From Candidatus Obscuribacteraceae bacterium (GTDB lineage: Bacteria; Cyanobacteriota; Vampirovibrionia; Obscuribacterales; Obscuribacteraceae): a stretch of DNA of 11,822 nucleotides. How positions within the stretch are numbered: the stretch's first letter is position 1; the number at the start of each line of letters is the position of its first letter. This document shows positions 7,081-11,822 of the stretch, piece by piece. The notes under the pieces were generated by a model. The model saw nothing but the letters and a program-made list of their open reading frames with translations. It ran no database searches and was not told where the DNA came from. Made by a program: the position numbers and the translations under genes. The stretch spans positions 1 through 11,822 of the forward strand of contig JBGASG010000022.1 of assembly GCA_044229845.1 (NCBI GenBank), written 5' to 3'.

Positions 7081-7235
7081 TGGACACCTTTGATTTACGA
7101 GGGCGATCGGCAATTCTAGCAGGGCTGGGCGCCCACCGAGTGGAACATATCAATAAATCAGGGCAAAATTCAGTAATTCCCCTGTCCTTATCGGCGTTTA
7201 AGGAATTACAATGATGGAAGCTGAGGAAGTTCTTC

Positions 7236-8699
7236 GTGACTAAAGGCACAGTCGCCAGATTACTAGCCATCTTGATGTCGGCAGGTGTTTGCTGTAGCAG
7301 CGCTTATGCAAAATCGCCGGCAGAAGACATTCTCGAACTGAAGAAAATGGCGATGGATTCGTACGTCCGCGGGGACTGTGTCGAGTCGATCAAGTATTAC
7401 GAGCAGGCGACCTCAATAGCGGAGAAAGCCTACGGACCTAACTCAGCGTACCTGGCTGAGCTCTACTACGATATGGGCATCGTCGCCTACAAAGACTCCA
7501 AATTCAACAAAGCGCAGGAGTTTTTGGAGAATTCGGTCAAGATCAATCCCAATCAGGTCGTGGCAAGAGTAAAACTAGCTGAGTTACTCAATCTGGAGGG
7601 CAAAACGGACGACGCTCGCCGTCATGTGAAAGCCGTTCTCGAGAAACACAATGATTGTTTGCAAGCCAGGAAGGTTCTGGCTCAAACTTATCAGGCCGAC
7701 GGCTTCAACGCCCGTGCCACCATGGAGTTCGGTCGGATCGGGCAGATACTGAACGGCGCTAAGAAAGTTCAGGAAACTGAGGAAGCGGTGGCTGCTTTGC
7801 CGCTTATGCCTGCCGCACCACTGGTGGTGCCAACCGCAAAGCCGGTGGAGAAACCAGCTGCTAAAGCCAAGCCGGAGAAGAAACCGGCAGAGAAGAAACC
7901 AGCGGCCAAGCCGGCCCCGGTTGTTGCCAAGCCGGCACCACAGCCTCCTAAGCCGCAGCCCAAACCGCAACCCAAGCAACCGGTGGTGGCCAAGGCTAAG
8001 CCTGTCAACAAAAATACCAAGCCGGCGGTCGAGACAGCCAATGCTGAATTCGGCAGCGAACAAACCGGTTTGCGCTTGCGATCCAAGGCCATTTTGTTGA
8101 CGCCGATCAACAAGAAAGGCGGCAAGCCGGGCAAGCCTGTAGAAGCGTCCGAAACCGAAGTGAAGCCGGCCGCTAAGCCTCCGGAAAAAACTGCTACCGC
8201 TAAACCGCCTGAGAAGGCCGCCGAGAAACCAGCTGCCAAACCTGCCGAGAAGCCGGCTGAGAAACCAGTTGCTGCCGAGGCGGCCCCTGAGGAGAAACCG
8301 AAACCGGCGAAGAAATCGCAGCCAGCTATGGACCCCAACTTCACGGCAGCCAATGTCGACAATGGCGGCGGTGACGCCGGTGAAGAAGAAAAGCCGGCTC
8401 CCAAGAAAGAGAAGCCGAAACAAGCTGCTCCACCGGTTCAGAAAGCCGCCGCTCCGATTGTTGTTAAACAAGCAAGGCCGAGAAATGGTCTGGTGCCTCC
8501 GCCACCACCAGTAATACCAACGATGGGCATTCCCATGATGGCCGCGCCGCCCCCCATGCAAATGGCGCCGCCCCCTGCAAAGCCGAAGAAGAAAGAGAAA
8601 CCCAAGGAAGAGGCCCCTGCGTCCTCAGCCTCGCCGGGACAAGATGACGACTTCCTGCGCGACATGCAGGAGTGGGCCGGCAAGAAGAAGAGCAAGTAG
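7236..8699 (+). CDS. Exported TPR-repeat protein with long Pro/Lys/Ala/Glu-rich disordered C-terminal region
   Basis: Signal peptide MTKGTVARLLAILMSAGVCCSSAYA|K. TPR-like helices include YYEQATSIAEKAYGPNSAYLAELYYDMG and AQEFLENSVKINPNQVVARVKLAELL. GAGGA precedes the GTG start. Confidence 0.85.
   Translation: MTKGTVARLLAILMSAGVCCSSAYAKSPAEDILELKKMAMDSYVRGDCVESIKYYEQATSIAEKAYGPNSAYLAELYYDMGIVAYKDSKFNKAQEFLENSVKINPNQVVARVKLAELLNLEGKTDDARRHVKAVLEKHNDCLQARKVLAQTYQADGFNARATMEFGRIGQILNGAKKVQETEEAVAALPLMPAAPLVVPTAKPVEKPAAKAKPEKKPAEKKPAAKPAPVVAKPAPQPPKPQPKPQPKQPVVAKAKPVNKNTKPAVETANAEFGSEQTGLRLRSKAILLTPINKKGGKPGKPVEASETEVKPAAKPPEKTATAKPPEKAAEKPAAKPAEKPAEKPVAAEAAPEEKPKPAKKSQPAMDPNFTAANVDNGGGDAGEEEKPAPKKEKPKQAAPPVQKAAAPIVVKQARPRNGLVPPPPPVIPTMGIPMMAAPPPMQMAPPPAKPKKKEKPKEEAPASSASPGQDDDFLRDMQEWAGKKKSK
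7840..8620 (+). repeat. Low-complexity coding repeats (KPAEK/KPAAK/KPPEK, PQPK, poly-Pro)
   Basis: Read from the translation. The DNA copies are degenerate at synonymous positions. Boundaries are approximate. Confidence 0.8.
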
Positions 8700-8717
8700 G
8701 TCTTCTCGTGCGGCAAT

Positions 8718-9701
8718 CTATTCTTGCGGCGTAGATTGCCCCGCCATTTTGGCACGGGCACGCATCTCGATAATTTTCTGACCCTTGGCGCTGCCGAAGC
8801 CGACTGGAGATCCGCCTCCAGGCAGCATGCCACCATCCGGACCGCCGGGCATACCACCCGGCGCGGGCATGCCTCCTGGTCCACCCGGCATCCCTCCGGG
8901 ACCGCCGGCAGTTTCTCGCCGTCCCGGCATGATCATCGGCAGCTTGGCCTTCTGCTCCGGAGTGAGCACACCGCGAATGGCCAGCATGTCTTTGACATTC
9001 AGTTCATCCATCTTGTCCTGCAACTCGCGCATGTCTCGGCGAGCCGCGAGAATCTGCGCGTCTGTGGCGTCCGGGCTGAAGAGCAGGTCGCGCAGCTTGA
9101 TCTGTTTCAAAGCCAGGCGTTTGCGAATTTCCTTGGCCTGTCCGCGTGCCTGTTCGTGCAACGATTGGATGCGAGACTTTTGCTGTTCGGTCAGGTTAAG
9201 CGGCGTCAAATCTAAACGATGGCCGCCGGCGTGAAATCGACCGTTGCCTTTGCCCATGCCGGCACCAAATCCGCCCCCGCCCATACCTCCAGGTCCCATG
9301 CCGCCACCAAATCCGCCACCACCTCCGCGGCGCATGCCCCCCGGCATGCCGGGTCGCCCACTCTGGAAACCGCCGCCACCACCGGGAAGCATATCTGGTT
9401 CGCTACCCTGGCCGGGGTTTCCTTCTCCAGGTCCGCCCTGCATCCACCGACGTTTGCGTCGCCACTGCTGCCGGGCGTTCTGCCCATCGGGACCACCGGG
9501 AAAGGCACCTGGTCTGCCGTTCATCCCCGGCTCGGGATTGTCGCCGCCGGACGGTGGCGTAAAGGGCGGCGGACCGTCATTGTTTTGCGCGACCAGTGTC
9601 AAGTTGGAACCCGGCGCGGCCGACACCGCTTGTTCGAGCGGCAGAGCACTCGCCACCATCAGCGCTACCACAAAAACAGCTGCGCTACATTTTGAGTTCA
9701 T
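8718..9701 (-). CDS. Spy/CpxP/ZraP-like (LTXXQ) periplasmic protein with Gly/Pro/Met-rich flanks
   Basis: LNLTEQQKSRI and VLTPEQKAKL motifs bracket a helical hairpin. Signal peptide MNSKCSAAVFVVALMVASALPLEQAVSA. ATG 9701 has GAGGA upstream; the ORF track starts at 9740. Confidence 0.85.
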   Translation of the reverse strand: MNSKCSAAVFVVALMVASALPLEQAVSAAPGSNLTLVAQNNDGPPPFTPPSGGDNPEPGMNGRPGAFPGGPDGQNARQQWRRKRRWMQGGPGEGNPGQGSEPDMLPGGGGGFQSGRPGMPGGMRRGGGGGFGGGMGPGGMGGGGFGAGMGKGNGRFHAGGHRLDLTPLNLTEQQKSRIQSLHEQARGQAKEIRKRLALKQIKLRDLLFSPDATDAQILAARRDMRELQDKMDELNVKDMLAIRGVLTPEQKAKLPMIMPGRRETAGGPGGMPGGPGGMPAPGGMPGGPDGGMLPGGGSPVGFGSAKGQKIIEMRARAKMAGQSTPQE

Positions 9702-10443
9702 ACAGACCATCCTCATCGGTCGCAATTCCGAGTGCATCACCGAGGCCGCCTTCTTCTATGACGGCTACTTCTACCATGTCTCTCCGGTCCGCGCCGTTTG
9801 CGGGCGACTGCGTCGCCACCTGTACTTGTTGCTGAACGGCTTGATTGACGGTATTGCTCTGGATCAGCTGTCGCCGGTTGTCCTGATTGTTCGCCATTTG
9901 AGTCGGTGGTTTGACGCTGCCATTATGCGCGGTGCCATGCGTCGTCGTTTCGTGCGTGGTCTGAACTGCGACCTGAGTATGCTGAGCCGCTTGCTTCGGC
10001 GATTGATTCTGATTTGCGACCGCCTGAGGTGCAATCTGCGTTTCGTTCTCGTGAGTAAAAGTGCTCTCTGTCTGCGGCTTGGAAGGCTTGTCTGCTACGA
10101 CCGGCTTCATCGATCCGCTGTTGTACGTGGCAACCGCCAGCAAAGCAACTGCCGCCGCCGCCACACCCACTGCTGCCCAGACGCGGGGCTTGAATGCCAC
10201 CACTTTGCCTCTGGCGGGCAGCGGCATGTCGGTGATGTCTCGCTTCATTTCCACTTTCGGCATAGACTTCAGCGAGCCAACCAGAGACTCGATGTTAGCC
10301 AGTTTAGTTGAGCATTCGCTGCAACCGGACAGGTGTCTTTCGACATCCGCCTTCTCAGTCGTGCTCAACTCCTGGTCGAAATAAGCATCGAGCAGTGGAA
10401 TTATTTCTTTGCAGGATTGTTCCGGCATAGACGGCGTAACCAT
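9685..10443 (-). CDS. Zinc-finger (zf-HC2/ZAS) transmembrane anti-sigma factor
   Basis: CKEIIPLLDAYFDQELS...VERHLSGCSEC (C...HxxxCxxC), a single TM helix VWAAVGVAAAAVALLAVATY, and a polar extracytoplasmic tail. Starts 6 bp after the sigma gene stop. Confidence 0.92.
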   Translation of the reverse strand: MVTPSMPEQSCKEIIPLLDAYFDQELSTTEKADVERHLSGCSECSTKLANIESLVGSLKSMPKVEMKRDITDMPLPARGKVVAFKPRVWAAVGVAAAAVALLAVATYNSGSMKPVVADKPSKPQTESTFTHENETQIAPQAVANQNQSPKQAAQHTQVAVQTTHETTTHGTAHNGSVKPPTQMANNQDNRRQLIQSNTVNQAVQQQVQVATQSPANGADRRDMVEVAVIEEGGLGDALGIATDEDGLYELKM

Positions 10444-10449
10444 GATGAA

Positions 10450-11076
10450 TCACCTGGGAGCGGGGGAGACATTTTGAGATGAGAAATAAGGCTCGAGCAG
10501 TTCACGCAGTTTCTGGCGTCCGTAATGCAGTCGCGACCGCACGGTACCAATATTGGTGCCGACAATCTCGGCGATTTCTTGATAAGAGAAACCCTCGATG
10601 TCGTGGAGAACGACTACGGTGCGCTGCGTCGCAGGCAACTGGCGAAGCGAGTTGGCGACCAGTTCGCCCTGTTCGCTGAGAACCAGCGAATCGGCAGGCG
10701 TCAGAGCCGGGTCGGCGATTTGGGTGACCGTATTCAAGGACTCACTCTCCTCTGCGTCGGAAGTAGAGCGGGGATCGAAGGAGAGGACGAACAAGGTTTT
10801 CTTGCGCTGTTTGGCGCGCAAGATGTCGAGACAGCTGTTGTGGGCAATCCGGAAGAGCCACGACGCAAAGGTGGACTCTCTTCGGAACTTGCCGAGGTTC
10901 TCGTGAACTTTAAGGTATGTCTCTTGAACAACTTCCTCAGCCTCATCCTGGTTGCCGAGTATTCGGTAGGCTGCATTGAATACGCGATTCTGGTAGCGCC
11001 GAAACAGGGCCTTGAAGTACGAAGGGTCCTTGCTCTTTTGGAATTGAACCAACAGGGCTTCGTCGGAAAGGTCCAC
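10450..11076 (-). CDS. ECF RNA polymerase sigma-70 factor (RpoE/SigW-like)
   Basis: Region 2: AYRILGNQDEAEEVVQETYLK...FASWLFRIAHNSCLD. Region 4: LPATQRTVVVLHDIEGFSYQEIAEIVGTNIGTVRSRLHYGR. GGAGA precedes the GTG start. Confidence 0.96.
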   Translation of the reverse strand: MDLSDEALLVQFQKSKDPSYFKALFRRYQNRVFNAAYRILGNQDEAEEVVQETYLKVHENLGKFRRESTFASWLFRIAHNSCLDILRAKQRKKTLFVLSFDPRSTSDAEESESLNTVTQIADPALTPADSLVLSEQGELVANSLRQLPATQRTVVVLHDIEGFSYQEIAEIVGTNIGTVRSRLHYGRQKLRELLEPYFSSQNVSPAPR

Positions 11077-11118
11077 GTTATCTCTCCAAAATCCCTTCGT
11101 TTCGTTCGTACTATTTAC

Positions 11119-11146
11119 TAAACGCCGCTGGGGGGCAAAAAGTTCA
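11119..11146 (-). promoter_or_regulatory. ECF-type promoter upstream of the sigma gene (probable autoregulation)
   Basis: The minus strand reads TGAAC-tttttgccccccagcgg (17 nt)-CGTTTA, matching the general ECF AAC...CGT promoter pattern. Confidence 0.7.
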
Positions 11147-11180
11147 AATTCTGGCGAAGATTTAATAAATCGCCATTCCT

Positions 11181-11186
11181 TATAAT
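11181..11186 (+). promoter_or_regulatory. Perfect -10 hexamer (TATAAT) upstream of the phosphatase gene
   Basis: TATAAT lies in an AT-rich spacer about 55 nt before the GTG start. There is no convincing -35. Confidence 0.4.
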
Positions 11187-11240
11187 GTGCGACTGAGACT
11201 AATCAGGTCGACGCCCAGGTAAACCGGAGGTTCCTCTACA

Positions 11241-11822
11241 GTGCCCGTATGCAAAGATTTCAGCCGGCGAACGGCCGCCACGTTTCTTGCCCTGAGCGCT
11301 TCTTTGACGCTTTCGTTGCCCGCCAGCCTGGCTGAGACCGCCGAGAAGCCGGTCTTGCGCTCCAGCTCCGGGCGAGTGCTGGCCAAAATCGAAGACCTGC
11401 CGAACTTCCATGAAGTGCACCCCTTCCTTTACCGTAGCGGTGAGCCGACCGAGGCTGGATTGAAGACAGCCCACGATAAATACCACATCAACACGATTGT
11501 CGACCTGCGCGCCGCCAAGAAATGGACTGATGCGGAAAAAGCCTGGGCAAAACAGCTGGGAATTACATACATCAACCTGCCGATGAGCGCCGAGCCGCCC
11601 ACGAAAAAGCAGGTGCAGACCATGATGAAGGCAATTCGTGAAGCCCGCGACAAAAACAAGGGCGCCGTGCTCGTGCATTGCGCGCACGGTTCCGACCGCA
11701 CCGGCTGCATGATCGGTATCTGGCGCGTTACTGAAGACAACTACAGCTACGAAGAAGCGTACAAAGAAATGCGCAAATACTACTTCGGACAGAAATTCAC
11801 CAAGCTGTCCGGCGCTGTCCGC
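11241..11822 (+). CDS. Exported protein-tyrosine/dual-specificity-type (CX5R) phosphatase, 3'-truncated by the window
   Basis: My own translation (absent from the ORF track because there is no stop in the window). GGAGG at 11226-11230, GTG at 11241. Sequence: MPVCKDFSRRTAATFLALSASLTLSLPASLA|E...LPNFHEVHPFLYRSGEP...INTIVDLR...AVLVHCAHGSDRTG...EEAYKEMRKY. Confidence 0.92.
   Translation, partial: MPVCKDFSRRTAATFLALSASLTLSLPASLAETAEKPVLRSSSGRVLAKIEDLPNFHEVHPFLYRSGEPTEAGLKTAHDKYHINTIVDLRAAKKWTDAEKAWAKQLGITYINLPMSAEPPTKKQVQTMMKAIREARDKNKGAVLVHCAHGSDRTGCMIGIWRVTEDNYSYEEAYKEMRKYYFGQKFTKLSGAVR

Noticed and set aside
7236..7310. Lipoprotein signal in the TPR protein (AGVCC)
   Set aside because: The lipobox match is poor, and an A-Y-A signal peptidase I site follows a few residues later.
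7584..10384. Long opposite-strand ORFs 7584..8561, 7769..8404, 8724..9215, 9244..10311 and others
   Set aside because: They arise from stop-poor, GC-rich low-complexity codons (Pro/Gly/Ala/Lys) of the real genes on the other strand.
11180..11740. Minus-strand ORFs 11180..11386, 11199..11687 and 11429..11740
   Set aside because: They are shadows of the plus-strand phosphatase, which has an RBS, a signal peptide and a catalytic motif.

Overview
An 11.8-kb bacterial chromosomal window with no mobile element, CRISPR array, rRNA or tRNA. It contains: (i) the 3' part of a DUF4350-like / MoxR AAA+ ATPase / DUF58 operon, whose first gene is frameshifted by a 140-bp tandem duplication (787-926 / 927-1066, one mismatch); (ii) a GAF-PAS-GAF-LuxR one-component regulator divergent from a small stand-alone HExxH metallopeptidase-like gene, across a ~325-bp spacer rich in palindromes; (iii) a diverged LamB/YcsF (PxpA-like) gene with no pxpB/pxpC in the window; (iv) an exported TPR protein with a very long Pro/Lys/Ala-rich tail; (v) an ECF sigma / zinc-finger anti-sigma / Spy-CpxP-like operon with a recognisable ECF promoter; (vi) a 3'-truncated exported CX5R phosphatase that the ORF track missed. 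The cyanobacteria-like GAF domains and the gene style suggest a non-photosynthetic cyanobacterial relative (Vampirovibrionia/Obscuribacterales-like), but this is an unverified impression. The best candidates for novelty are the regulator-spacer-metallopeptidase module, the altered PxpA homologue, and the Spy protein with GGMP repeats. The duplication may be an assembly artefact. All family calls come from motifs recognised by eye, not from database searches.
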